A DNA stretch of 64,000 nucleotides from Octopus bimaculoides (taxonomy: Eukaryota): NCBI RefSeq assembly GCF_001194135.2, contig NC_068984.1:56803522-56867521 (forward strand), given 5' to 3'. Below the pieces are notes generated by a model that ran no database searches, was not told the DNA's origin, and saw only the letters and a list, made by a program, of their open reading frames with translations. The position numbers and the translations under genes are program-made. Each line of letters opens with the position of its first letter. Position 1 is the first letter of the stretch. Below, piece after piece: positions 49,686-63,744 of the stretch.

Positions 49686-50369
49686 CACTAACACCTTTAC
49701 TTGCACCTAAATAACATCTAAATTATAAAGAATTAAGGAAAAAATACATTTCTTTCAAAAACAAAAAGAAAACAACAAAACAAAACAAAAAAGGAAATAA
49801 ACAAATGACCTCCATCTACTAATAATGACTCTAGCATTTCTCAAAGGTTCCGTGAACTAACAGATTATGAAGTGTCACTATTCACTCAGCTGTTCAACTA
49901 AGTTGTGCTTTAATTGATGCCACTATACTTCCTCTTGTTTTACTGGTATTCTAACAATGTTAAAGCTTGATGTTGAAAACCGAAAAACTGCTTTCAACTA
50001 TTTCCTACTCGATCAATTTGTGTGATGCTAATGCAATGATGTTAATTTTTTGGTGTTCATAAAGGAGTTAATATGAAGTATGTTTAATAAAATCTTTTGT
50101 TAATTAACTGTGACTAATTCTCATATTTTCCTCCTATTCCATCCTTTCCTCTACTTTCCTTTGACTCCCACTCTCTCCCCTCTCTATGTCATTTCTCCTT
50201 TCTCCGTCATTTCTCTTTCTCACATTTTACTAATTTTTGATTTAACTACGAGAAAGTACGTTAAGAATTCAGAACATATTATAACAAAAATAGAGATAAT
50301 GTTCTTTAACATCACTATTATGCAGATATGTAAATATAAAGATACACATGCATGCTTCTAGTTTTCCTG

Positions 50370-50413
<44 letters not shown>

Positions 50414-50532
50414 CACACACACACACACACACACACAATCATTTTATGTGTTGGTTTTCAGAGTTGTTAAAGATTTATACGCTGTTGTTAACCTCTTATT
50501 AGCCTTACATGAGCAGTGTATGATCAAAGACA

Positions 50533-50921
50533 GTGGAGGCGCAATGGCCCAGTGGTCAGGGCAGTGGACTCACAGTCATAGGATCGCGGTTTCGATTCCC
50601 AGACTGGGCGTTGTGAGTGTTTATTGAGCGAAAACACCTAAAGCTCCATGAGGCTCTGGCAGGGGATGGTGGCGAACCCTGCTGTACTTTTCCACCACAA
50701 CTTTCTCTCACTCTTACCTCCTGTTGTGCCTGTAATTCAAAGGGTCAGCCTTGTCACACTGTGTCACGCTGAATATCCCCGAGAACTATGTTAAGGGTAC
50801 ATGTGTCTGTGGAGTGCTCAGCCACTTGCACGTTAATTTCACAAGCAGGCTGTTCCATTGATTGGATCAACTGGAACCCTTGACATCGTAAGCAACGGAG
50901 TGCCAACACACACACACACAC
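50533..50921 (+). mobile_element. Young SINE family B, full length with (CA)n-expanded tail
   Basis: 13-bp TSD ATGATCAAA(G/T)ACA at 50520-50532 and 50922-50934. Confidence 0.97.
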
Positions 50922-51289
50922 ATGATCAAATACATTTCAACTGTAACCATCCCATCTTCTCATAGATCCAGTACAACTTTTTTCAATATATCCTTTTTTA
51001 AGTTGGTAGGGTGCAGTTGTGAGATTTGGCTTCTATATCATGCATGTTCAGTGTCCACATGGAGACTGCCTTAGAGTAATGTTTTCCAAAGTGGGTTCCA
51101 TGAAAAATTCTTCAGGTCTGCAAGATAATGTGCTTGACAATAAAATTTAATAAATTTATATCAAAATCATGTCCCCATTTCAAAATAATAAGTTATACAT
51201 TTTTGTTTCATCAATGAATTTGTTTTTCTAAAACAATTGTTTCGTTTAATATCATATTAAAGTTCGAAAGTTCTTTCTTTTTCTTTCAC

Positions 51290-51373
51290 TTTCATTTACT
51301 TGTTTTAGTTATTTGACTGTGGCTGTTCTGGAGCACCACCTTGAAAGGTTTTAGTTGAACAAATCTCTCTCTA

Positions 51374-51415
<42 letters not shown>

Positions 51416-51430
51416 TCTCTCTCTCTCACT

Positions 51431-51474
<44 letters not shown>

Positions 51475-51625
51475 TGGAGGCTTCTTTCATTTTCTATCTA
51501 TCAAATTCACAAGGCTTTGATTGGCCCTAGGCTATTGTAGTAGACACTTGCCCTAGGTGCCACACAGTGGAACTGAACCATGTGGTTGGAAAACAAGCTT
51601 CTTACCACACAGCCATGCCTGCACC
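51290..51625 (-). mobile_element. SINE family A with the internal microsatellite as (CT)n
   Basis: Family A 3' half and 5' half separated by a CT tract at about 51365-51465. Confidence 0.85.
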
Positions 51626-52131
51626 TGTTATGTTAAAGGGCTTTTGAAAAATCATATAGAGATCCTATGACGAAATAAGTTTAGGAGCTACAGGCTTAAA
51701 AAGTTTAAGTCATTTAGAAGCTAGTGTCATTGAAGCAATGATAAAAGATATTTAATTTAGCTCTCTCAACCTTAATGGAAAGATGTAAGTATAAGTATCT
51801 AAATAAACAGGAAATAGATTTACTGGTGAGTGTTCCAGCTGTTCAGTTAACTGACTTATCTAATCATTGTATTGTAGTGTAACTAAATGAGTATTCTACT
51901 GACATTTGCACTCTTAGCTTAATCGTCTGCCCGAGTCAGTGTAGCACAGTGTGTGTGTGATATGGCCGAACCTTTGAAATACAGATACATTCCATCTGAC
52001 TGGCTTCTACACAGTTTCTGCTTGTCCATTTTTATTCACAAGGCTTAGGTTTCACTCTTAAGCTGTTCCAAAAAATCCTTGCAGTGGGATTCAACCTGGG
52101 AATCCCATGATTGCAAAATGGACTTCTAAAC

Positions 52132-52302
52132 CAGTGCTCTGCAATTGGTATGGTGCAGCACACTGGGGTACCACAAGACGATGCTGGGTGTGCCTCAGTG
52201 TAACCTGAATATGCTTTTAGTTATATTTTTAGTTCAGGTGTGCTGCCAAATTTTGAAAAGAATATAAGTGTACTGTAGGTCAAAAAAGGTTGCAGAGCAC
52301 TG
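52132..52302 (+). mobile_element. hAT-type MITE
   Basis: Perfect 13-bp TIRs CAGTGCTCTGCAA/TTGCAGAGCACTG; perfect 8-bp TSD TTCTAAAC at 52124-52131 and 52303-52310. Confidence 0.97.
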
Positions 52303-53004
52303 TTCTAAACTATTTATCTAACCCTGTACCAAAAGTTGTACATATGACATCTGCAAAGCCTATAGCTGTTCCTAAATGAAATGAACTTAAATACTCTCAG
52401 TGTGAAGGATTCATAAGTTGCTTGTAAAATGAATTTTATTTCATTTACTTACTTTGTATACTATTTGAAAAAGAAAATCCCTTCTTCTATAAAACAATTT
52501 ATCTTTCTATGGTTACAATATTATTAACTCATCTGTCTCCATTAACAATTTAAAAAGGAAACCCAAACATAATTAAATGGTCCAATACTAAGATGCCCCC
52601 TCAAGCTTTCTTCCACCCCTGTTTTTCTTATCCTTTTTCTTCCTCACAGTATATTTTCTTCAACCACTCTTGAACTGAATTTGGAACCAATCACTAGATG
52701 CAATATTTGTAGTGCATTATGTGCCTTAACTCTGAAACCAGTAACAAATTACTAAATGAACACTGCAGCTTTCTTGTAATTGTGTGTATCCACATGTGTT
52801 TATGTGTGTGTGCTGGGTAGTCTTTTTTTGCTCATTAAATCATTGAAGTGTGGCCATACTGGGGCATCACTTTCTGGGGTATAGTTTCTTCCCATCACAA
52901 CTAGCCCTATTTTATTGACTCTGCAGATATAAAAACAAAGCCAACTTAGTCAGGTTTTGAACTCAGAATCTGAAACAATGTAATCAAATACTATTTTTTT
53001 CTCT

Positions 53005-53007
<3 letters not shown>

Positions 53008-53050
<43 letters not shown>

Positions 53051-53090
53051 TCACTCACTCACTCACACACACACACACACACACACACAC
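53008..53090. repeat. (CT)n-(CACT)n-(CA)n compound microsatellite
   Basis: Direct reading. Confidence 0.97.
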
Positions 53091-55044
53091 AAATGCCTGT
53101 GTTAACAAACTGGGCAATGATAAAAAATGAATACATAAACATACTTTATTCATTAAATTATTCAGTTATTCATTTAATTATATTGGAGATTTGGAAACAA
53201 TTTTCTCAGTCTTGTTCTTCAAAAATCTCTTAAAAGAAGTATCAGCACAAAAAAATCCTTTAAGCTTTGGAAATTGTCAGCAAGATTTACTTTCAGTGTG
53301 CCTTCTTCATTTCAAATATTTAACATCCTGTTAGCAATCATGGTACTGCTTGCTGCGCGTCAATAAAAGAAAAAAATTCTCACATTTTATTAGTTACTCT
53401 TCTTTCTTTCCTTTTCTTTATTGTCTTTATTTTTCACTAATTGATTAACAAAATTTTTGTTATTTAAAAAAAATTACTTCTATTCTTCTGAAATGTTTTC
53501 TGGTATCTTCCTAACTACTAATTCTTTCTCACCTCTACCTTTACCTCCACTTGCTGGTTTCCCATCCTGTGTGTCTATCTTGATATCTCTGTCTCTGCCT
53601 CATTGTTTTCACTTCTATATGTCTTCCAATAATTTTTATTACTTTTTCCAATGAATCCCATCCTTTTGACTCATTAGTTACAACTTGCCAGATAATTTTT
53701 CTAAAGCCAAGCCATAATTACTGTTCATCTTATTGTTCGTCATTCATTATATCATTTAGATTTTTATCATTGCTATATTTTCATCTTCTACATAGACTCT
53801 GCTACTTTCTTACACTGTATCTTCACCACATTTTCCACCAAGTTCTCCCGCACTTCATTCCATTCTGTTGCACATACACTCTTATTCTCACACATACTCC
53901 TTTTACACTCTCAGACTCATACATCGGGTAGAAATGAAAGTTTTTTTTTTTTTTTTATTGTTTATAAATTTTAGTTTCCAATAATTTTCTATCAAATTTA
54001 ATTTGTTGATAAAATTAGCTCTGTTGTCTTGTTTAATTCTCTGAACCTTGCCCAGTTAACAATCAGCAATCTGGTTGTAAAGAAGAACAAGAAAACAACC
54101 CAAACCTGAAATTGCTTCATTTATTTTGGGGTTTTTATTGTAGACATTTCTTGTACAAATTTAAAAAAAAATAATAATAACTATCTGTTTCAGTCTAAAG
54201 GAAGCTAAGGTGTGGCTATTGAGAATTGGAAGATATTTGAATTTAGAAGTAGAATCCGGTTTTATATGAATTTGGCATTGGTTTCTTTTCAATATTTTAA
54301 GAAGCACAATATTTTCATTACACTCTCTATTAACTCATTTTACATTAATTAGAATAACTGTTACTAGGTACACTGAAAAGACAGTCCTTTTTTTTTTTTG
54401 TGTGTATGATGAACTATTTTCTAATCCATTAGGCATTGTGTGTCCTGTGTCCAGTCTCACATTCACAGCATTATACATACTCACCATCTCTTACCCTTCA
54501 ACAAATATGAATGTTCTTAACATGTGAACTAGTGATTAATCATTATTTTTAGCATTCATGTTTATTGCTATTTATTAATGAGTTCGTGGTTAATTAGCCA
54601 CCATAAAATTTATTGATGAAATTACTAATTATGTTTTATGGAAGGAAATAAATTAATGAGGAAGAAATATGTACAGCTATTTCTTTAAAATATTAATAAA
54701 ACATAACACTGCAAAGGTATTCTTTAGTTATGAATTCTGTAAGGATGTTCCAGTATGACCGTAATTAAATGGTTTAAATTGTCTAAAGAACTAAAGAAAC
54801 TGTAAAAACAAATACCGCCTCATCTTCCTATAGTGTTATTTATTTATTATTTAACTGCATGCATTTTGTGAACACCGATGTTGTTGGTATAAAGCATCTA
54901 GCTGATTACTCACTAGTTTACTGCATTTCTGATAGTATCATGAGTACAAAACAGGCAGAATAAATATCACTAGGTAGTTTCTCTTAAAAGCACTCATTTA
55001 TCAATTTTCTTGTCATTGTTCACATTTTTGCTAATACATCCTAG

Positions 55045-55217
55045 TGAAAGATGTACTTCCCAACCACATGGTTCTGGGTTCAGACCCACTATGTGGCTCC
55101 TTGGGTGAGTGTCTTCTACTCATGAAGTGTTTTCTACTTGGTTGGCCCAAGGCCAACCAAAACCTCATGAGTGGATTTGGTAGACAGAAACTGAAAGAAT
55201 CCCATTGTGTGTGTGTG

Positions 55218-55284
<67 letters not shown>

Positions 55285-55588
55285 AAAAAAACAAATAGTA
55301 AATGAGTATATGCATATATACGTACAGGTATGTGCATACCGACATCCACCTGTATGTATAGGTGCATATCTGGGTACAGGACATTGTGTTTGTCCCCTGC
55401 CATTGCTTGATAACTGATGGTGGTGTATTTATGTCCCTGTAACTTAGTGGTTTAGCAGAAAAGACTGATGGAATAAGCACTAGGCTTACAAAGAATGAGT
55501 CCTGGGGTTGATTTCTTTGACTAAAACCCTTTGAGGTGCTGCTCCAGCATGGCTGTAATCAAATGACTAAAACAAGTAAAAGAATATA
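55045..55588 (+). mobile_element. SINE family A with an expanded internal microsatellite
   Basis: Head, core and tail as in 40115-40549; internal region about 55205-55385. Confidence 0.88.
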
Positions 55589-57324
55589 CAAAATCAGACA
55601 TACGCACACACGACAGACTTCCACACATTTTTCATCTCCCAACTCAGTATGAGGCTATGGTAACAACCATTTCCCCAAGGTGCAGTGTGGGTCAAAACTG
55701 GAACCATGTAGTTGCAAAATGAAATTCTTAATTACATTACCATGTCTGCCCCAAATTCCAAATTCATAAGGCTCACTACTTGGTCCTCATCGCCCTTCTA
55801 ATACTATTGCAGGTAATCTGAGATTCCTACATATTATTATTGTGCTCCAGATCATCTATAATCCTGTAGGCATTCAATTCATGACTATATTGTCTTTTTT
55901 TTCTTGCATCATGTATCTAGAACAACATTATGCAAGTCCTTTGTTGAAGGTTTAATAAGATGATCATTTGATTAATATTTCTGACTGGTTGAATACACCA
56001 TGTAAAATTTGAGCTAGGTAGAATGAAATAACTTCTAAAACAGCTGCAGTGGATATGAACTCAGATCCTACATTCAAACGGAATTAAATGGAAATTGCAG
56101 AAACTAAAAGATAAGATAGTAGATTTTATAATACCAATTGTTTCTCTTGGTTGTAAATGGACAATATGAGACAAAGTAAATCAACTGCAGTAGCATTAAG
56201 AAAAGAAAGTTTTCAGTAATGATTTCTCAAAAATTATAAGGGAATTGAAATAGAATTTTGCTATGTTCATGTATTTTCCTAATTAAAGAGAGAAAGACCT
56301 TGAGCTCAGACCATTAGGAACCTATATCTACTTTGTAGTTAATTTTATCTCAGAATGCTTTTTTGGCCTTGTTCTGAAATAATTTTAAGACTGTTGTTGT
56401 TGTTTAGATCCCAATCAGTTAGCCCTTATTGAGCTGATCAATGATCAAATGCATTCAAACAGTGATCATCTTGTTTTTATTCCTGCAATAATGTATCCAG
56501 AACTATATTATCCTGGATACATCCCCTTCATTTTTAAAACAGTGGTTTCCACTTCCAGCCAATTAAATGATATTGTAATCGTCCCTCTTTGGCCCAATCT
56601 TCCCCTTTTGCCTCAAGCTCACCTTCTTAGCTTGAATTTTCAGGACCAAAGCTGAACCATCCAATTTCACTTAAATCATGATACTTTGATATTATATCTG
56701 AAGAATCTAAGTTAAGTTACTCATTTGAATCCAGTAGTACTTATGTGCTCACCCAAGAAAAAGGCATTGGTTGATCATAACAGATTAAACTAATTGAAAT
56801 ATTGCATGGCTGTAGTAAATTTTAAAATAGGGTTTCATTTCTAAAGATGAGATTAATTTGTTTGAAAAATTATGAGGATGTTTTTATGACATATATCCAA
56901 GGATGATTTGATAAAATTACTTTATCTTCAAATAAAGTGATGTAAACAAGAGTTGTTAGAGGGGTAATTGTGCTATTATATGTATTAAATGAGGAACATG
57001 ATGGGTTAAGGGAAACTTGATACTCAGTCTACTTGAAATAGCAACCAAATGTCTTTTAAATTGAACCTCACTGATATTAAAAAAGAACATTAAATATTGT
57101 TGTCCAAGGTACATTATGCCTGAAAAGTATGATACCTATGCTTTTAATCATAGGTCTGCTGGAAGTTGGTTACCTTGGAACTAAACAAGAACAATAGAAA
57201 ACGGCTAGTGGTCATTGCAATTTGATGTGTAGGTCATGAATTATTTGAGCTTTACACTGCTTGATTCACCGTCTTTGTGTTGTTAACCAATGCTGTCCAA
57301 TGACTATTATTATTAATACTCAGT

Positions 57325-57548
57325 AAGACTGTGAGTTGGTAGAATTGTTAGCATGCTGGGCAAAGTGCTTAGCAGCATTTCGTCTGTCTTTACATCCTGA
57401 GTTCAAATTCTGCTGTGGCCAACTTTACCTTTCATCTTTTCAGGGTTGATAAGATAAGTACTGGTTGAGCACTGAGATCAATGTAATTGACTTACACCCA
57501 CCTCCAAACTTGCTGGCCTTGTGCCAAAATTTGAAACCATTATTACTA
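57325..57548 (+). mobile_element. SINE family C
   Basis: Matches 13357-13583 over its length. Confidence 0.88.
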
Positions 57549-57838
57549 TTCAGTATTTTATGTATTCATGAAATGTAATTTAAACAAGAAAATCATTTTC
57601 TTTTCATCTCTAATCAAATACTATTAAGTTCCAAATGTCTTTATTATTGTTTTGTATTTTTAATGAGATTTTGCAAATTTCTTTCTCATAATCTTCCTGC
57701 TGCTATATATTGTATTAGTTTTGAATGTTTAATGGTTTTTCTAAGTATCCTGTTTTGTTCTAAATTCCTGTTTCTAACATTACTTTCTACATACGTAGTC
57801 TTAAGCATTTGTCTTTGATCAATAAAAATTGATCTTAG

Positions 57839-57928
57839 CTAATAATTACTATGAACCTAGGCAAAGAAAGTCCTGGAATAAATTCCTGGAAGTCGTTAAA
57901 CAGTTGGTCTTTAATTATATATTGATAG
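57839..57928 (+). CDS. Candidate 90-nt symmetric exon, unidentified (NNYYEPRQRKSWNKFLEVVKQLVFNYILI)
   Basis: Phase 1-1; AG|gtaaat donor; weak acceptor; no homology recognised. Confidence 0.1.
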
Positions 57929-58454
57929 GTAAATATAAGAAGGACCATTCACTGCAGACGTTTGTCTACTCAATGCTAATTGTTGTATTTATTGATTTCT
58001 GGTTATTTTAAGGAAAATATGCTTGTGCACAATAGTGGACTCCATTGATTTCTACTTGGGATCCGTCAACTTAAATATAGACCACAACTGATTTCTAACC
58101 ATATATTAGTTGTTATTTGTTACTGGCTAAACATTCATTCACTTAGAACTTCTCTTGTTGTTTGGTATATTTAGAGTAATGTTGGTCATATTAGTTTTCA
58201 GTATGTTTCCAATTACTGCAGTATATCACAAGTAGAATTGTTCTATAACTAGTGTCTGTATTGAAAATAGAAATCATTAAACTTTTCATCATAGACATCA
58301 GTAAAGCAGTGTATTTTACATGCACACATGCATGCATGAATGCAAAACTGGAAGTCATACAATCATCTGATATTTAATATTTTTACATTCTCCCTTCTTT
58401 TTACACTTTACTGCTTTTTTTTTTTTTACCAGTAGCCCCTTAGGATGAATACAC

Positions 58455-58494
<40 letters not shown>

Positions 58495-59730
58495 TGTGTA
58501 TGTGAGTGTGTATATATTGTGCATATATAAACACTGCTGGTAACATGTAACCTAGTACAACTTGTAACATATCCTGCTTATTGGCAACTAAGTTGGAAAC
58601 CACACCAGTGTTACAAGTGATGAATGTTCTAAGAAACCTGCACAACAAAAGCATGAACTATCAAAAGGACAGATAAATCCAGGGTAGTGTCAATGACTGA
58701 CCATTTAATAATAACTCATAAAAGAGTGCTAGTAACAGGTAACACCTCAGAAAGCACTCTTTCCACTTCACAGGCCAGGTATTTACTACATAAGTAAATA
58801 TTAGTCTGGTATCTGGCATAGGTTAATCCATTGGTGGATAACTGCTCTTTATTCTTGGCTGACAAACTAAGTAGGCGGTAAAAATTCATATAAAGAAACC
58901 TCAGTATACACAGATTTATTTAAAAGATTGATTTTATTATATTTTGTATTTTGAAATCTTAGATTCTTAAGTAAGTCAATTCAAGTATATTTAGAATTTC
59001 ATTGGCTGTTTTAAAATATTTCAAGCAAAAAATTTTTTTGGGGGTAGGTAAATTGATAATAATACAGAGTTTATATGTTATTAAAAAGAATATACTCATT
59101 TAACTTGTTGATTCATAACATTTTTAGATTCAAGAGACAAATATGATTATCATATAGAATTTCCTTCTGATTTTTAAAACATAGATTTCCAGATGGGATT
59201 TTAGAATTTTTTATGTATACATATTTGATTTGCAAAATTCTTGTCTATGAAGGGTTGATTCATCCCAGGACAGAAATGCAGCAGGCAAAAGACCTTGTGT
59301 TGAGCAGTAGTGGGATCATGCCTGTGAATAGTCATCAGCTGGCAGCCTGTTTAATACAACTAAACACCAATCTAATTTTAGAATTATTTTTCTGAAATAG
59401 TAGCAAAAATAAATTAATTTATAACCTGTCTTTCATGATGCATGATATCATTCTCTTATAATCATTATAAGGAAGCAGTTCAAGTTAGACTTGATTTCTG
59501 GATTCTTTAGCAAATTCTCCATTTTTTTATTCATTTTTTTTTTATTTTGTGGTGGTAATTCCACTATTTTGCTGTGAATCACTGAATGTTAATATTAAGA
59601 TATATTTGTGATCTCACACATACACACACACTCACATGCACAAATACACACATGTGCGTGTGTGTGTGTGCGTGCGTGTGTATTTGTATTTTTGTATTAT
59701 TTCAGTTCCAGAAATTCTTGTCTTCATTTT

Positions 59731-59767
59731 GTAACTTATTCTTTCTTTTTAATTTTTGTAGGTAAGT
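59731..59767 (+). other. Candidate recursive splice site (branch point, polypyrimidine tract, TAG|GTAAGT)
   Basis: gtaac ttattctttctttttaatttttgt ag|gtaagt; junction 59761/59762. Confidence 0.3.
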
Positions 59768-60278
59768 AACAAATCTCAGCAGATTATAGTATGGTTTTAT
59801 TTTTCCATTTCATCTGTAATATCAAAGAAAAGGTATGTGGTTTATTTCTCAATCCAGGATTACTTTTTCTATTGTTGTTTACAGTAATAAGAATGAAAAA
59901 AGAGTATTCAATATTGTTTTCTATGTTTAATGGAAGAGTTATTAGAATGAGTATTTTCATGAGGCTATCAAACTTTTATACATGTTTATAACTTGGAAGT
60001 TAACTATATAAGATGAGGAAGGCAGTGCTCATAATCTTTATCAGCACCTTCCAAATGATTTTAAAATGTTGTAAAGATTAGTTTCGGAGACTGATATATG
60101 AAATTTAATTTGAACAGATTCACACATTTGTTATTTAATAAAAAATAGTTTTACAATGACTTATGGCAAACATCCTTATATCTACAGACACATTTTTTAT
60201 GGATTTGTCTACATTAGCATCACTAGTTATGAGGGATTTAATTGTAGCTGCTTTTTTACAAAAAAAAAAAAAAAAAAA

Positions 60279-60288
60279 NNNNNNNNNN
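60279..60288. other. Assembly gap (10 N) inside poly-A
   Basis: Direct reading. Confidence 1.
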
Positions 60289-63200
60289 AAAAAAAAAAAA
60301 AAAAAGAAAATATTTAGATATCATTAATAATAATGTTAATGTCAACTACAATGATTTAGAAGGTGAAATAATTTGTAGAAATTTGCAGCAAGCTTTACTT
60401 AAATTAAATTTGATACTTTATAAGTAGAAATCTAAGAAAGAAAAATATACACAGAGGTACCCACAGGAATTGGAGTACACATCTGTTGTAATCCAAATTA
60501 CTGTGCTAACTTCTATAACAAAAGGTCCTAGTACATTTTGTTCACTTAAATTAATGCCCATAAAATACCGCTGTAGGTGATTCTGTGTACTTTTAAAAAA
60601 GAATCTGATATTGGTGCTCATAATGTGTTTGATTTAATTTGATATTCAATATAGGAAATCAGAATCATTTTACTTCATCTGCTGCTTTTATGTTATATCT
60701 TTTTATGCTGCTGCTGCTGTTTAAGCCCAGATCAGCAAATCTTTGATCAAAAGGATTTAAGCCATTGTCTTTTTGTAAGACATAATATATGTAGGGCAAC
60801 ATTAATCAATGTACATTTCTAAAATGATAGCGTAATTTAAGGTAGATTTGGCTGCTGTTTCTAGCAGATCCAGTTACCACATTGAGTTGGCTAATATTAT
60901 TTTGTCTATATTTTTATATGTGGTGAAATAGGGGAAGTCTTCATTAATTTAAAGGGTTGCTCAATATGGTTTTCAAAGGGGTGATAGTCAACTGGTAAAA
61001 TTGAATAAAATATAGACAGATATATTGTTGTGGAGTAATGGAAGATAGTGATGGGTTAGGTGAAAAGTTTTGATCAGTGCCAAGTCTAGCTTTTGAGTTA
61101 AAAAATTGTAGTAGTTTACTATAGAAGAGCTGTTGCAAAATATGTCACATCTTTGAGCTGGTGATTTAATAATGCTACTGATAAGCTAATATTTTGGTGT
61201 TACTTGGTTATTTTCAATGATGAAATCAAATAGTTTTGTACAAAGTGAATGATTTGACTAAATAACAGTTTAAACTACTTAAATATATTATATTGGTAAT
61301 AGTTTATCAGGCTTAGCAGACTAGAAAGAAGATAATGTACACTAACATCACGCAATCTTCAAATTGTCCAAGCAATAAAATCTAGAGCTGAAACAGTGTC
61401 TTAGGCCAATAGAAAGAAGACTAAGCTAATGTTTCAAACACTTGGTCCCTGAGGAAGAGGAGAGAGAGAGAGAGAATGGTTTTATCATTAGGACAATTTT
61501 GGGGCCTTGCAATATGACATGCCCTCTTTTTCTATTCTCTTTTTGAAAAACAACAAGTGTTCAAAACATTAGACTTTTCTTGTTTGAACTATTTGTTTTA
61601 AGATTTTAATTACAGAAAACATCATTAGTTTCCTCATATTCTTCTATTTTACAGTAAAACCTAGTCTTTATTTATGATGTTGCTGACTTAATATTTTTGA
61701 AATCAAAACCAAATATAATATCTATTGTATATCTTAACTTTTTTTTTTTAGTAATTCCTGTAACTTGTCATTATCATTGTCACTGGCACTCAGATAATAA
61801 TAACACGCAGAGAATATTATTTTTCATCCACTTTTCTTGACTAAGCATTTGTTTTGATTCTATGATATTGACAGATATATTTTTATAAATTTACATGAAA
61901 GGAATAGATAAAATTGTACTTACTTCAAAAAGTGTAGGTTATCATATCATTAGATATATTTCTCTAGGTCTTCTTTTGAATGAAATTATGAAAGAAATTA
62001 ACTTGTAGCAGCAAATCCATTTGATTAGGATTAAACATTCAGCTAAAAAAATTCTCAAAACATAATTGATTAAAAGAAATCCTCATGTTTTAGAATAATT
62101 CTTCCCTTGAAACTACAAGTTTTCAATCTTATAAATTTGAATATTTGCAGGCTTATGAAGATAAAGATCTTTTAGAGTAGATAAATTACTGGTACCATTT
62201 TTCAGGTACTTTTTATGAGATAAGGTCTAGTTTTAGTTTAACATCTAACCTGTTTTAAGTAACCAGAAAAATAACACTAAAATTTCAGAGAAATATAATT
62301 GGCTTCATATTTTCTGTTGATTTCATTCTATTATGAATTTTACATGAAATAACTAAGAACATGCATTACTGAAACAAACGAGTTCTTATCCTCTCATCGA
62401 CACTATTGTGCTTCTGATCTAGTCATTCGACATTCAAGCAATCTGGATTGTTTAGAACTAAGTATATATGAGAGGGTGATGTTCATTACTATGAGCAGTA
62501 ACAGCAATAGAAATCTTATGAGTGATTTAGTAGCATGCAGTTCTGAGTTCAGTTGTTGTTTAGTTCCAATCATCCTTGATTAAGTAGATCAGTTCAGAGG
62601 AATTCTAGTCACTACCATCTCATTTCTGTGTATCTAGCTCAATGTTGACAATATGTCCTTCCTGGAGGATCTGATTTGTGAGAGATTTGATTGCTATTTC
62701 TAACAGGTTAAGTGACCATGTAGAGGCTGCCATAATGGTTGAGTTCAGTTTATCATATATGTAAAGTTACATGAAGTTATGAGTTGGCATTCTCTAGAAA
62801 CTGAAAATAAGCAGTGATTGTGCAGGCCTTAAGGTTTTTGAAAAGTTATACAAAGAAATATACTTTATCATATCCCTGCTGAGGTGAAAAGACATCAGAT
62901 ATATTGTAGGAAGTGTTTAGGGGTGAGTGGTAAGTTATTTGATTGTACTTGCCTCATTCCATATACCTGTTAGAAATAGACACAATGTTTTCTTAGGCTT
63001 TATATTTAACTGAGGAAGGAAATAGGAAACCGTCCTGGTATAGCCTTCCTTAGCAAGTCCATTAATTTCACCTACAAAACCTCTACTATTGTTGTTGTCA
63101 CTTAACGCTAGATACTCCAGATCAATCCTGATTGAGTGGACTTATGATCAAAAGTGTTTAAACTATGATCACCCCATCTTGTTGTCAATTAGGAACTACT

Positions 63201-63744
63201 TCATCTGATGTCTTTCAGTTTTTAAGATGATAGGGTGTGAGTAAAGGAACATTTCACTGTCATATCTAACAAAGTGAGCAATTGTAGCATTCCTGCTTCA
63301 ACAAGATGCTGAATATTCTGACTTGATTTGCAAATGATGAAGCTGATTTTATTTTAATCTCAGACAATAATCTTTGGCTATAGTTTAATAACTGAAATGA
63401 TATTAGTAATTTCATTATATTACTATTCAATGTCTGTTGGTATTATCCGAGAATAATTGATTACCCTGCTTGGTTTTACCACATTTATGTGATTATTTTT
63501 GGATAAGAATAAAGACTGTTTGTGTAGCCAATATATTTTTGTATATTTGACCTAATTGTTGGATATTAATCAAGTTAAGTTTCTATGAGATATAGCCAAT
63601 ATTCTGCTTAGCTATATTCAAAGTTAGACAGCAGAAATATCTATCTACTAGTGTAATTTTGTTAGACATACTACAGAAGAGAATTAGAATATACTAACAT
63701 TTAATGCTCTATGAATCATATTTCCTATAAATCATGTTGGTAGC

